NCBI GenBank assembly: GCA_964386195.1 | Contig: CAYLTE010000003.1 | Span: 99-64,098 of the forward strand | Length of the DNA: 64,000 nt | Source: an uncultured Burkholderiales bacterium | Lineage (GTDB): Bacteria > Pseudomonadota > Gammaproteobacteria > Burkholderiales > SHXO01 | Direction: 5' to 3' | Shown: piece after piece, positions 16,860 to 24,522 of the stretch | How positions within the stretch are numbered: the stretch's first letter is position 1 | Layout: each line of letters starts with the position of its first letter | Notes under the pieces: generated by a model | Databases searched by the model: none | What the model was told of the DNA's origin: nothing | Seen by the model: only the letters and a program-made list of their open reading frames with translations | Translations under genes and position numbers: made by a program

Positions 16860-17032
16860 TTCTTCACCACTTGGTAATGTGTGTAAACTTTTTCAATCTT
16901 CACGCCAATATGAGACATGAGTAGCTCTAACTTTGCTTCCAGTTCTCGCCGCTCCTGCTTGCTATCGTCAAGGCGCTTATCAAGCCATTCCAATTGGCGC
17001 TCAAGTTGTTCTACTCGCTTATTTGAGAACAT
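16856..17032 (-). CDS. small coiled-coil protein (58 aa)
   Basis: ATG at 17030-17032 with GGGAGGGAGGGG RBS. Product MFSNKRVEQLERQLEWLDKRLDDSKQERRELEAKLE... Confidence 0.6.
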   Translation of the reverse strand: MFSNKRVEQLERQLEWLDKRLDDSKQERRELEAKLELLMSHIGVKIEKVYTHYQVVKK

Positions 17033-17507
17033 CTTCCCCTCCCTCCCGCGCTGTGGCGGCGTCGATTGCTGCGTCAAGTTCAGTGCCTATAAGCGGTTGC
17101 CAGCCGCCATGAAAACCATCCCAAAATTCTAGTTTCCATCTTTGCCAACGGGCAGAATGTTGCGGAACATCACCAGCAAGCCACCTATACCGCCTCGCAT
17201 CCGCCTCCAACTCCCTGCAACTGGCCTCGACTTTCTCGGCGCGTTTAATGGCATCGACTATCTTTAGTGTTTCGCCGTCTTCCGCATACACTTCGTCTGC
17301 AAGTCTTGTGTATTGCTTTTCCATTAACTGTCGTTTCTCCCTCTCCCTCTCCCTCTCCCTCTCCCTCTCCCTCTGCGCCTCGGCCTGATATGCGGCCAGT
17401 TCGCGCTCAAGCTGGCGGGCGTGTTCTCGCCACGCCTTAAATCGCACCCCCCATTCTTCACGATTCCACAATGCGTCCGTCCTCGGCGTTGCGCTCTGGT
17501 CGCTCAT
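17019..17507 (-). CDS. hypothetical protein containing an (RE)6 repeat
   Basis: ATGA coupling at 17504-17507; QREREREREREREKRQ is encoded by the microsatellite at 17336-17375. Confidence 0.7.
   Translation of the reverse strand: MSDQSATPRTDALWNREEWGVRFKAWREHARQLERELAAYQAEAQREREREREREREKRQLMEKQYTRLADEVYAEDGETLKIVDAIKRAEKVEASCRELEADARRYRWLAGDVPQHSARWQRWKLEFWDGFHGGWQPLIGTELDAAIDAATAREGGEDVLK
17336..17375. repeat. hexanucleotide microsatellite (CTCTCC) x ~6.5
   Basis: Read directly: tctcc ctctcc ctctcc ctctcc ctctcc ctctcc ctctg. Confidence 0.95.
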
Positions 17508-17707
17508 TTCGGCACCACCTTCCCGTTCCAGTGGTGGGGCTTCGCGGCCAGGTTGATGCAGACTGTGCGGGGGCGCTGTGAGACAGGGATGCCGCCGTGC
17601 GCCTGCTTCACCTGCGCAGCGGCTTGTTCACAGGCGAACACGTTACCGAACGGACCGATCTGCGCAGGCGGTTGGCCGATCAGAAAAATCACCAGTATAT
17701 ACTTCAT
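17504..17707 (-). CDS. small protein with N-terminal hydrophobic/signal-like segment (67 aa)
   Basis: MKYILVIFLIGQPPAQ...; ATGA coupling at both ends. Confidence 0.6.
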   Translation of the reverse strand: MKYILVIFLIGQPPAQIGPFGNVFACEQAAAQVKQAHGGIPVSQRPRTVCINLAAKPHHWNGKVVPK

Positions 17708-17958
17708 CCGCGCACCGCCTTCTGCCACTCGACAAGCATTGACCGGGGATTACACCAGGAGTTCTTCTGGCGGGGCTTCAGGGAGTTCACACACAGCAGC
17801 TTGGCTGGCGCGGGTACGTCGTTCAGGTGGATCACATTCACGGCGCCCGGGATGTGCCCAGGGTGCGCGCGGTAGCAGTCGTACACCCGCCAGGCCCCGC
17901 GCTTGCCGCGGAACGTGCCGACCTCGGGATGGTAAGTGCAGATCACTCGGTATGTCAT
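17704..17958 (-). CDS. hypothetical protein (84 aa)
   Basis: ATGA coupling at both ends. Confidence 0.6.
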   Translation of the reverse strand: MTYRVICTYHPEVGTFRGKRGAWRVYDCYRAHPGHIPGAVNVIHLNDVPAPAKLLCVNSLKPRQKNSWCNPRSMLVEWQKAVRG

Positions 17959-18509
17959 TTCAGCCCCATCATTTTGTTCACGGCCGTTCTCAAACCAGCC
18001 GGCACCGGCAGGGTTTTCTTCTCCGGCACCTTCGGGAAAAACTCTTCACCTTCCGGCCAGAGTGTCCGCAGTTTCTCAAGCGTGCTGACCGTCTCCAGCA
18101 GCGTCTGCAGGTGCAGTTCGAGTTTGCGCCGATCCGCATGAATACCCTGGTGAAGCTGCACAATAGCTGCTGCGCGCGGAAACAGTGCGTCGCCTTTCTT
18201 AATGGTGAACTGTTCCGCTATGTGCGCAGGCATCGGGCGCTCGTGGGACATCGCAAGGAGCCTGCAGGGGGACTCAGGCTTGTTACCCCAGTGCGTGAAC
18301 CCGTCACAAGAAATGTGAATTTCACGCTGCCAGCGGAACCAGTGCTTCTGCAATTTTGCTGTTATCGGGAAGACATCGCCGAACTCGCGCATATACAGCA
18401 CATCCGCAAGTTCCTGCCGTTTCTGCTCCAGTGCCGCTTCCCGTTGTGCGAACGTATGTTGCAGGCAGTTCGCGATAATCGCAGCGCGTAATTGCTTGGT
18501 CAGTTTCAT
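17955..18509 (-). CDS. hypothetical protein, tentatively Nmad5-like (184 aa)
   Basis: MKLTKQLRAAIIANCLQHTFAQREAALEQKRQELA...LWPEGEEFF resembles my recollection of the nucleotide-modification-associated domain 5. Unverified. Confidence 0.65.
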   Translation of the reverse strand: MKLTKQLRAAIIANCLQHTFAQREAALEQKRQELADVLYMREFGDVFPITAKLQKHWFRWQREIHISCDGFTHWGNKPESPCRLLAMSHERPMPAHIAEQFTIKKGDALFPRAAAIVQLHQGIHADRRKLELHLQTLLETVSTLEKLRTLWPEGEEFFPKVPEKKTLPVPAGLRTAVNKMMGLK

Positions 18510-18697
18510 GGCAAATCTCCTATTCGATCCCCCCACTCCCCGCCAATCTTCTCAGCAGGGACCGCTTGACAATACCGGTGCGAGTAGATCAGCTTGTTCG
18601 CCGGCAACGTGCGCGGTACCTCCTCCCACTGCCAAGAGCGGCGCCACCAGTAGACGCCGGGCTGCTCCGGCACGGTCTTCGACCAGTTCACGCGCAC
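18506..18697 (-). CDS. hypothetical Trp-rich protein (~63 aa, GTG start)
   Basis: ORF coupled downstream by ATGA; the start is ambiguous between two GTGs. Confidence 0.5.
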   Translation of the reverse strand: MRVNWSKTVPEQPGVYWWRRSWQWEEVPRTLPANKLIYSHRYCQAVPAEKIGGEWGDRIGDLP

Positions 18698-18852
18698 CCC
18701 CGCGCCCGCACGATGTTACCCGTGGCGATGGCGTGCCGGCACAGCAGTTCCGCCTCGCTGAGACTGTCCGGCGGCTGCGTGCTGCGCACGTAGATGCTGC
18801 CAGCCGCTGCTGCAGCGAACAGCAGGGCCAGGATGATGTGCTGAAGTTTCAT
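18688..18852 (-). CDS. small signal-peptide protein (54 aa)
   Basis: MKLQHIILALLFAAAAAGS...; ATGA coupling upstream. Confidence 0.55.
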   Translation of the reverse strand: MKLQHIILALLFAAAAAGSIYVRSTQPPDSLSEAELLCRHAIATGNIVRARGCA

Positions 18853-19328
18853 TCGCGCACCTCCCGCGTGAAGTGTTTGATCTGTTCCCACGTCTGTCCA
18901 CCCAGCACGCTGCGCTCGAACGCGGCTTCATCCGGGAACTCGCCTTCCGCGCTACCGTGCGTGTAGTTGTCGTAGTCCACGAGGAACTGTCGCGTCACCA
19001 CCTTGGCCGTGTCCGGCCGCTGATGAACGGCGACCCGCACCTCGCGCACGCAGCCCATGCTCGCGGCGATGTAGACATCGATCTGCAGACCACCGCCCTT
19101 GGGCTGCGTGCGCGCCTTCCGCACATAGTGGCTGTTCATCAAGGCAGTGCCGGGGAACTTGTCCTCCGGGAACAGCGCGGCCCCATCCAGCCCGTCGATC
19201 AGCTTGGTCCCTGCCGGCAACACCCGGCCAGTAACGTAGGCGACATAACCCTCGCCGCACTGCACCGGCACCCAGCCGGGGCGCGGAATATCGCCTTTCA
19301 TGAAAACTGCTACGCGTCGTGCGCTCAT
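18849..19328 (-). CDS. hypothetical protein (159 aa)
   Basis: ATGA coupling at 19325-19328. Confidence 0.7.
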   Translation of the reverse strand: MSARRVAVFMKGDIPRPGWVPVQCGEGYVAYVTGRVLPAGTKLIDGLDGAALFPEDKFPGTALMNSHYVRKARTQPKGGGLQIDVYIAASMGCVREVRVAVHQRPDTAKVVTRQFLVDYDNYTHGSAEGEFPDEAAFERSVLGGQTWEQIKHFTREVRE

Positions 19329-19576
19329 GCTTGTCCTTTCCATTGATCGTGATCCAGTTTTGCAGCCACCCAGGCCCCATGCTCCGTGGTGTAGGGCCTC
19401 GACCGGCCGCCAGAAGCGGGATGATACCACTCCCACGCCCCATGCAGCGGGTAAATGACATACCCCGCCGCCTGCACCTGCTGCTTCCATCCCAGCACCG
19501 CCGGCACGGGCTGCGGTGTCGGTTGCGCCTTGATCCCGCAGAACGCCAGTGCTGCTGCGCGCAGTGCAGTGAACAT
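19325..19576 (-). CDS. hypothetical protein with signal-like N-terminus (83 aa)
   Basis: MFTALRAAALAFCGIKAQ...; TAATG coupling upstream. Confidence 0.6.
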   Translation of the reverse strand: MFTALRAAALAFCGIKAQPTPQPVPAVLGWKQQVQAAGYVIYPLHGAWEWYHPASGGRSRPYTTEHGAWVAAKLDHDQWKGQA

Positions 19577-19779
19577 TAAAGCCCCCCTTTCGCTTGGTTG
19601 ATCTGCGAGTCAGTCAGCCGATCCATGCGCACATAAGTTCGCACGGCAGACCGCAGCGCGTCATCAGACGCCCGGAACAGCCCGGCCGCATTGGTCCTTG
19701 GGTCTTGCTGGAGCACCGCCAGCAACTGCTCGCGCGTCAACTGCAGGATGGTGCCTTCGAGAGCGGGTGAAATTTTCAT
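19576..19779 (-). CDS. hypothetical protein (67 aa)
   Basis: ATGA coupling upstream. Confidence 0.6.
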   Translation of the reverse strand: MKISPALEGTILQLTREQLLAVLQQDPRTNAAGLFRASDDALRSAVRTYVRMDRLTDSQINQAKGGL

Positions 19780-20150
19780 TTCATCAACTCCGCGTAGTCT
19801 AAGTCCTCGATCTGCGCCAACTGCAGACCGGCCCAGGCTGTGCGAATCTCCGTGCCGAACTTCGCCACCAGTGCCTGCGCGTAGAGGAACTCCATGCGCA
19901 CAGACAGTAGATCAACGATCTGATACTGGTCCGGCTGCCGCAAGGCCCCCGCAATCGCCTTGACCGTGAAGAGCTTGGCCGCAGTCGCCTTGCTGATGCC
20001 GGCGCGTGAAGAGAGGCTTCGACGGTGCTGCACTTCGCCCTTAAGGCAGATGCGATACAGCCGGGTTTTCTCGTCCACGAGCCCGCGCTGCATATCCGGC
20101 AGTCGATCGTATGCCTGTTCGATCAGCGCTAATTGTTCCTTGCGGGTCAT
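19776..20150 (-). CDS. hypothetical protein (124 aa)
   Basis: ATG at 20148-20150 with GGAGGA RBS. The longer 294-aa track ORF is a repeat shadow. Confidence 0.7.
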   Translation of the reverse strand: MTRKEQLALIEQAYDRLPDMQRGLVDEKTRLYRICLKGEVQHRRSLSSRAGISKATAAKLFTVKAIAGALRQPDQYQIVDLLSVRMEFLYAQALVAKFGTEIRTAWAGLQLAQIEDLDYAELMK

Positions 20151-20152
20151 GG

Positions 20153-20734
20153 TCAGTCCTCCAACCGCAGCCCGCGCTGCTGCGCGATTGCGATAAATGT
20201 CGGTATCATCAGCTTGGTTAACGTCCGATCTGCCGCATGCGTCTCCCAATGCTTGATGATCCGCCCCAACGGCCACCAGCGACAGCCGGAAGCAACATAG
20301 GCCACGCCACCAACATCGCACAGCGCGCGCCGATAGCCGTCCACGTGCCCTAAGTCTATCGCCCATGTGACCCCGTCGCCGAGCTGGACCCGGTTGCCGA
20401 GCGTGACCCCGTCGCCGAGCTTGACCCGGTTGCCGAGCGTGACCTCGTCGCCGAGCTGGACCCGGTTGCCGAGCGTGACCTCGTCGCCGAGCGTGACCCA
20501 GTCGCCGAGCGTGACCTCGTCGCCGAGCTTGACCCAGTCGCCGAGCTTGACCCAGTCGCCGAGCTTGACCCGGTTGCCGAGCTTGACCCGGTTGCCGAGC
20601 GTGACCCCGTCGCCGAGCGTGACCCCGTCGCCGAGCGTGACCCGGTTGCCTGCTGCGCACTGCGGATGCCCCGGACTCACATACCCGCCTGAAGCGTTTT
20701 TGTCCCAGCTACGAATAATGGCTGCGGTCAGCAT
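20153..20734 (-). CDS. hexapeptide-repeat (beta-helix-type) protein, 193 aa
   Basis: About 16 consecutive xVxLGD/N hexapeptides (NRVTLGDGVTLGDGVTLGNRVKLG...), flanked by unique N- and C-terminal domains. Confidence 0.8.
   Translation of the reverse strand: MLTAAIIRSWDKNASGGYVSPGHPQCAAGNRVTLGDGVTLGDGVTLGNRVKLGNRVKLGDWVKLGDWVKLGDEVTLGDWVTLGDEVTLGNRVQLGDEVTLGNRVKLGDGVTLGNRVQLGDGVTWAIDLGHVDGYRRALCDVGGVAYVASGCRWWPLGRIIKHWETHAADRTLTKLMIPTFIAIAQQRGLRLED
20369..20650. repeat. 18-bp tandem repeat array, ~15.7 copies, two interleaved unit types
   Basis: Units gacc(c/t/a)cgtcgccgagc(g/t)(t/g) and gacccggttgccgagc(g/t)t, read directly. In frame with the 20153-20734 CDS. Confidence 0.95.
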
Positions 20735-20735
20735 G

Positions 20736-21101
20736 TCAGCCCCTTTGTTGTGCCTGCATGGCATAGAACTGCCGCGCATGGGCCAGGATTGCGTCAGCGT
20801 GCGTCAGCACTTCCTCGTGCTGAGCCTTGACGGTCTTCTCCGTGCACCGGCCGGGCGTCTGCAGCACGGTTGCGAAAAAGTCCCCGCGGCCGCTGCCCAT
20901 CCCCAGCGCGTGCACGTGGAAGGTATCGCCCTGCCAGATAACGCGCGCCACGGTGCAGATACCGCCGTTGTAACCCTTCGCAGTCTCGATCTGCAGAACA
21001 CTCTTGCCCGGCTTGCCTTCGCGCCCACCATGGGCGACCACATCCGGGATATCGATCTGCGTCAGTGCGCGCCAGCCGTTTTTTCCTTTGGTCAGTTCCA
21101 T
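20736..21101 (-). CDS. hypothetical protein (121 aa)
   Basis: ATG at 21099-21101 with AGGAG RBS. Confidence 0.7.
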   Translation of the reverse strand: MELTKGKNGWRALTQIDIPDVVAHGGREGKPGKSVLQIETAKGYNGGICTVARVIWQGDTFHVHALGMGSGRGDFFATVLQTPGRCTEKTVKAQHEEVLTHADAILAHARQFYAMQAQQRG

Positions 21102-21181
21102 CCGATACTCCTGAGAAAGTAAATCAAAGGCGCTGCAATCGCAACGCCGGAAATCGTGCACGCCAGCAGGGCGAGTATCAC
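21092..21181 (-). CDS. possible 29-aa hydrophobic peptide (GTG start)
   Basis: GGAG sits 6 nt upstream of the GTG. Product (M)ILALLACTISGVAIAAPLIYFLRSIGWN. Overlaps the next start by 10 nt. Confidence 0.4.
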   Translation of the reverse strand: MILALLACTISGVAIAAPLIYFLRSIGWN

Positions 21182-21190
21182 TTGATGCTC

Positions 21191-21412
21191 CTATGTGTGC
21201 ATCATGTTACGCACCTGCAGCCCGGCAAGCTCGATGCGCGCAGACTGGTAGGTGAAGTGCCGCCGGCCGGTCTGACTCGTGCGGCAGTCGAACACGGCAA
21301 AGTCGCCATCACCGAAGCCGATGATCGTGTAAGGATACGTGCCGCCGATACTGTGACCGCGCAGACCCGGTTGCACGGCCGCATGGCCTCGGGTTTCGCT
21401 TGTCGTGTTCAA
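21191..21412 (-). CDS. hypothetical protein (73 aa, putative TTG start)
   Basis: TTG overlaps the upstream TGA (TTGA) with GGAGGG 7 nt upstream. The protein-like C-terminus is ...YTIIGFGDGDFAVFDCRTSQTGRRHFTY... Confidence 0.45.
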   Translation of the reverse strand: MNTTSETRGHAAVQPGLRGHSIGGTYPYTIIGFGDGDFAVFDCRTSQTGRRHFTYQSARIELAGLQVRNMMHT

Positions 21413-21636
21413 TCCTGCGCCCTCCGGATGTAGATGTGCTCCTCGCGCTTCCACTCGTATTCCGTGCTGCCCAGCAGCGCGCAAATCGTCGGCAGGTGCT
21501 CGCGGATGTCGCCGTTCGGCTTGGCGGCGAGCGGATACTGCACCCATGCGCCAGCCCGTCCGGCGCGCGCTTGGTTCACCGGGCGCCCTTCCGCTTTGAT
21601 ATCGTTTAAACGCTTCATTGTGTTCAAGTCGTGCAT
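21409..21636 (-). CDS. hypothetical protein (75 aa)
   Basis: ATG with GGAGAA RBS. Confidence 0.65.
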   Translation of the reverse strand: MHDLNTMKRLNDIKAEGRPVNQARAGRAGAWVQYPLAAKPNGDIREHLPTICALLGSTEYEWKREEHIYIRRAQD

Positions 21637-21754
21637 GATTTTCTCCAGTGCGTTTTTCTAAGCAGGGACCGTGCCAGCACGTCCCCACGGGCTACGGCCG
21701 TTCAGCTACCCTCGAAAAGTGACAATCTACGGCACATTGTGACGCAAAATTTTG

Positions 21755-22135
21755 TCACATCCGCACCTGCATCACCTTGCCGGCATGCACGCCACGCGCC
21801 ACCTTGAACCCGGACACGTGCCGGCCCTCGGCGACGCACTGCCGTACGTTGCGCTTTTGCGTGCTGCCCTCGACGTGCTCCGGGTTTACGCACCAGCCGT
21901 TGTTGCAACTGTGCGCGCCTACCTTACGCCGGGCCGCATTCTTGCCCCAGCGCATGCCGTGCACAAACTGGGCGATGAACCTCGCAACCGTGATCCACTT
22001 CGCCTTGCCGGCGAGTCTGACCGCGATACGGGGCCGGTTGACGTTGTTGTAACTCCCGGTCCAGCGCCAGCACTCGCCCTCCGGGACGGAGTTAGCTAGC
22101 AGGCGCTGCACCGGGTCTGCATAGACCTTGGCCAT
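21755..22135 (-). CDS. HNH homing-type endonuclease
   Basis: ECWRWTGS...AHSCNNGWCVNPEHVEGSTQKRN (HNH_3-like pattern). Confidence 0.85.
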   Translation of the reverse strand: MAKVYADPVQRLLANSVPEGECWRWTGSYNNVNRPRIAVRLAGKAKWITVARFIAQFVHGMRWGKNAARRKVGAHSCNNGWCVNPEHVEGSTQKRNVRQCVAEGRHVSGFKVARGVHAGKVMQVRM

Positions 22136-22737
22136 TACTCAGCGCCCTCCACCTGCAGCGGTTGCCGGTAGTCGTCGCATGCTTCGTTCGGGCACAGTGG
22201 CGCGCCCATGTCCAGCCACTTCGCCGTAACGCGCACGGTATAGCCACAGACTGCGCATTCACATTTCTTCAGGCGTGTTGTTTGTTTCTTGTCGCCGTTG
22301 GTCATGCTTTGCAGCTTGGCATGAGGATACGCCCCCAGGGTCTCGACTATGGCGCGCAGCTTCACCTCCAGCGCTTCGCCGGCATGCGTGCTTGTCATGC
22401 GTCCTTCCAGACCAATCGCCGTCGCGCAGCGCTTGAAGTCCTTGCCATGCTTCGCTTCGAGACCGACCGTTGCATGCACAAGCTCATGGGCCAGAACGTC
22501 CAGCACGCGCACCGGGTCCGCAAGGGCGGGACTGATGAACACCTCGAATACTTTACCCTCGCTTGCCTTGTCACTCCAGCACTCGCCAATACGTTGCTTC
22601 TTCTTGGCCAACGCCGACTTGGACGGCCAGCCGCATGTGACCTTGACGTTGTCCGGGACCGTATGCCCGGCCTCATGGAACACCGGCCGCAGTGCTGCTA
22701 TGCCGGCCTCCAGCCATGCTTCACGTGTTTGCGTCAT
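22135..22737 (-). CDS. SprT-like zinc-metalloprotease-fold protein with C-terminal zinc ribbon
   Basis: LAHELVHATVG (HExxH) plus CECAVCGY...CPNEAC. Confidence 0.72.
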   Translation of the reverse strand: MTQTREAWLEAGIAALRPVFHEAGHTVPDNVKVTCGWPSKSALAKKKQRIGECWSDKASEGKVFEVFISPALADPVRVLDVLAHELVHATVGLEAKHGKDFKRCATAIGLEGRMTSTHAGEALEVKLRAIVETLGAYPHAKLQSMTNGDKKQTTRLKKCECAVCGYTVRVTAKWLDMGAPLCPNEACDDYRQPLQVEGAE

Positions 22738-22895
22738 GCTGCCTCCCGGTTCAGTTTGCGCACACGCGCCAGCGCTACGCGCTTGCTGCTGCAGCGCTGG
22801 ATTACTTCCGACGTGCATCCGGATTCACTGCGCTTTCGCACAGTGTAGCCGCGCGCCTCTTTTTGGATGAAATACGGACCGCCTAAAATGTTCAT
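22734..22895 (-). CDS. small basic ORF (53 aa), not in the ORF track
   Basis: ATGA overlaps at both ends (22892-22895 and 22734-22737). Product MNILGGPYFIQKEARGYTVRKRSESGCTSEVIQRCSSKRVALARVRKLNREAA. Confidence 0.55.
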   Translation of the reverse strand: MNILGGPYFIQKEARGYTVRKRSESGCTSEVIQRCSSKRVALARVRKLNREAA

Positions 22896-23140
22896 TTCTC
22901 CTGCCCTCCGAAAAGCACATCATACAGGTTATCAGTCCGGCGCATGGTCCGGGACCGCCGGCCGTTTCGCTTCAGCACTGCGACACGTGCACCATACTCC
23001 CGGCCGTAGCGCACCAGTCCGCGCGACTGCAGTGCGCGAAGCTGGCGCGATACCTGAGGCGTGACGATCATCACGCCGCCCATGGTGCGCAGTGCGCGAT
23101 AAGTCTCGCGCTGCTGAGGTGTCATTCGCTTAAACGACAT
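22892..23140 (-). CDS. putative winged-helix DNA-binding protein (82 aa)
   Basis: ...VSRQLRALQSRGLVRYGREYG... looks like a wHTH recognition helix and wing. Confidence 0.55.
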   Translation of the reverse strand: MSFKRMTPQQRETYRALRTMGGVMIVTPQVSRQLRALQSRGLVRYGREYGARVAVLKRNGRRSRTMRRTDNLYDVLFGGQEK

Positions 23141-23378
23141 AGCGCCCCCGCTCCCGAAGCAATTCAACATATGCCTGCTCCAGCAATCCAGCCGACTTGC
23201 GATAAGGATTGCCGAAGTAATTCAAATCCGGCACTTTCTTATAGCCGTCAAACCAGCCCGGCCCACGTGTATCCGCGCGCTGGCAGTGCGCTTGCGCAGC
23301 CTCCAGCGTGACGCGTGCTTTAATCAGCACGGTCGGTCCGGACTGCTGAAACCGCACAATATCGTATAACTGCGTCAT
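23130..23378 (-). CDS. hypothetical protein (82 aa)
   Basis: ATGA coupling upstream. Confidence 0.6.
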   Translation of the reverse strand: MTQLYDIVRFQQSGPTVLIKARVTLEAAQAHCQRADTRGPGWFDGYKKVPDLNYFGNPYRKSAGLLEQAYVELLRERGRYVV

Positions 23379-23626
23379 GATTTCCCCTCCGGCATTTTGC
23401 CAGTGCGGAATACCCGGCGCGCTTCGCCAAGCTTACCCGAAAACCAAAATACGCGCTCACCAGTTTCAATCCCATGCGCGCGCACATGGAAGCAAGCTCC
23501 CTCATGCCACAGGGCCAATCGTAGCCAGCCGTGCCGACGATGTTGAACATATCCACATGCCAGCGCATATACGGACAAGTCGCCGTTTTTATTGCGGAAG
23601 CGGTCCGCGTTAGCGCTGGCAGTCAT
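23375..23626 (-). CDS. hypothetical protein (83 aa)
   Basis: ATGA coupling at both ends. Confidence 0.6.
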   Translation of the reverse strand: MTASANADRFRNKNGDLSVYALACGYVQHRRHGWLRLALWHEGACFHVRAHGIETGERVFWFSGKLGEARRVFRTGKMPEGKS

Positions 23627-23814
23627 GCGACCTCCAGACCTGCCGCAGTCATGCCGTCCACCAGTGCGCCGATATAACGCGGCTCAACGGCCAGCGCGAG
23701 CCCCAGATACTGCGCATCCTCTTGCACATTGTCGCGTATCCAATCGCGTGCCGCATCCGTTACCGGGCGCACAAGGCACAGGCTTCCGTGATTCTCTACC
23801 GTTGCATCAAACAT
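23623..23814 (-). CDS. hypothetical protein (63 aa)
   Basis: ATG at 23812-23814 with GAGGGG RBS. Confidence 0.55.
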   Translation of the reverse strand: MFDATVENHGSLCLVRPVTDAARDWIRDNVQEDAQYLGLALAVEPRYIGALVDGMTAAGLEVA

Positions 23815-23884
23815 GATGTATCCCCTCTGAAGTATGACGCAGTAGCGCGTCCCGGTGCAGCCTGTCACGCTGCACGAAGCCGGG

Positions 23885-24433
23885 CTATTGAAACTGTTCA
23901 GCGTCGAACGCGTCCATTGCAGCGCTGAACCCGTCCGGGTCGCCCTCCGTGTAATTCCAATCACTGATTATATCGACTCCATTGCCGCCGATGATCAATA
24001 CGCCGTGCACGTTAAACCCAGCCTTACGAAAACGCAGGGAAGACTCATCGACGGAAAACACGTGTTCCATAGCCCGCTTGATTGCTTCGCGTTCGCCGCC
24101 GTTGCGTATCCGGTGCAGTTCCTCACCATCGTGCACGCTGTGCACTGCGAAGCCGGCGCGCTGCAGGTGCGCAATCAGGTTAGCGACAATGCGCCGCTCG
24201 ACGTAGCAATGCGCCGGCAGGATGCGCCCTTTGTCGCCGTCCAGTTCCGGGACGCTATCAACCGGGAAAACCTCGAATGCCGACGTTGCGCGTTCCAGCG
24301 TGCTGCGCAGTGTTTCCGCATGCGCCGCGTCGATGCAGTCAATGACGATGCGGCCGGACTGGTTTTCCCCATGCACCGAGTAGACTGCGGACCCGTCAGG
24401 CAGTGCGCCGGTTACGATACGAAACGGTTTCAT
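23885..24433 (-). CDS. hypothetical protein (182 aa)
   Basis: ATG at 24431-24433 (MKPFRIVTG...), AAGGGG upstream. Confidence 0.7.
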   Translation of the reverse strand: MKPFRIVTGALPDGSAVYSVHGENQSGRIVIDCIDAAHAETLRSTLERATSAFEVFPVDSVPELDGDKGRILPAHCYVERRIVANLIAHLQRAGFAVHSVHDGEELHRIRNGGEREAIKRAMEHVFSVDESSLRFRKAGFNVHGVLIIGGNGVDIISDWNYTEGDPDGFSAAMDAFDAEQFQ

Positions 24434-24522
24434 GTATGTGCCCCTTATCAGATTGAAGGATGATGCAGGGGCAATAATAGCATGGCCGTTTAAACGCATG
24501 CAACAATTATTTTCTGCAGGCG

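Noticed and set aside
20369-20650. Possible CRISPR array, because of the regular short repeats.
   Set aside because: The units are contiguous with no spacers, lie in frame inside a CDS, and there are no cas genes.
19776-21122. Repeat proteins with a GHARRR series (the 294-aa form of 19776-20660, minus strand) and an SPSVT/SPSLT series (20367-21122, plus strand).
   Set aside because: Both are alternative-frame or opposite-strand readings of the 18-bp tandem array. Only the xVxLGD frame (20153-20734) has proper start/stop coupling and unique flanking domains.
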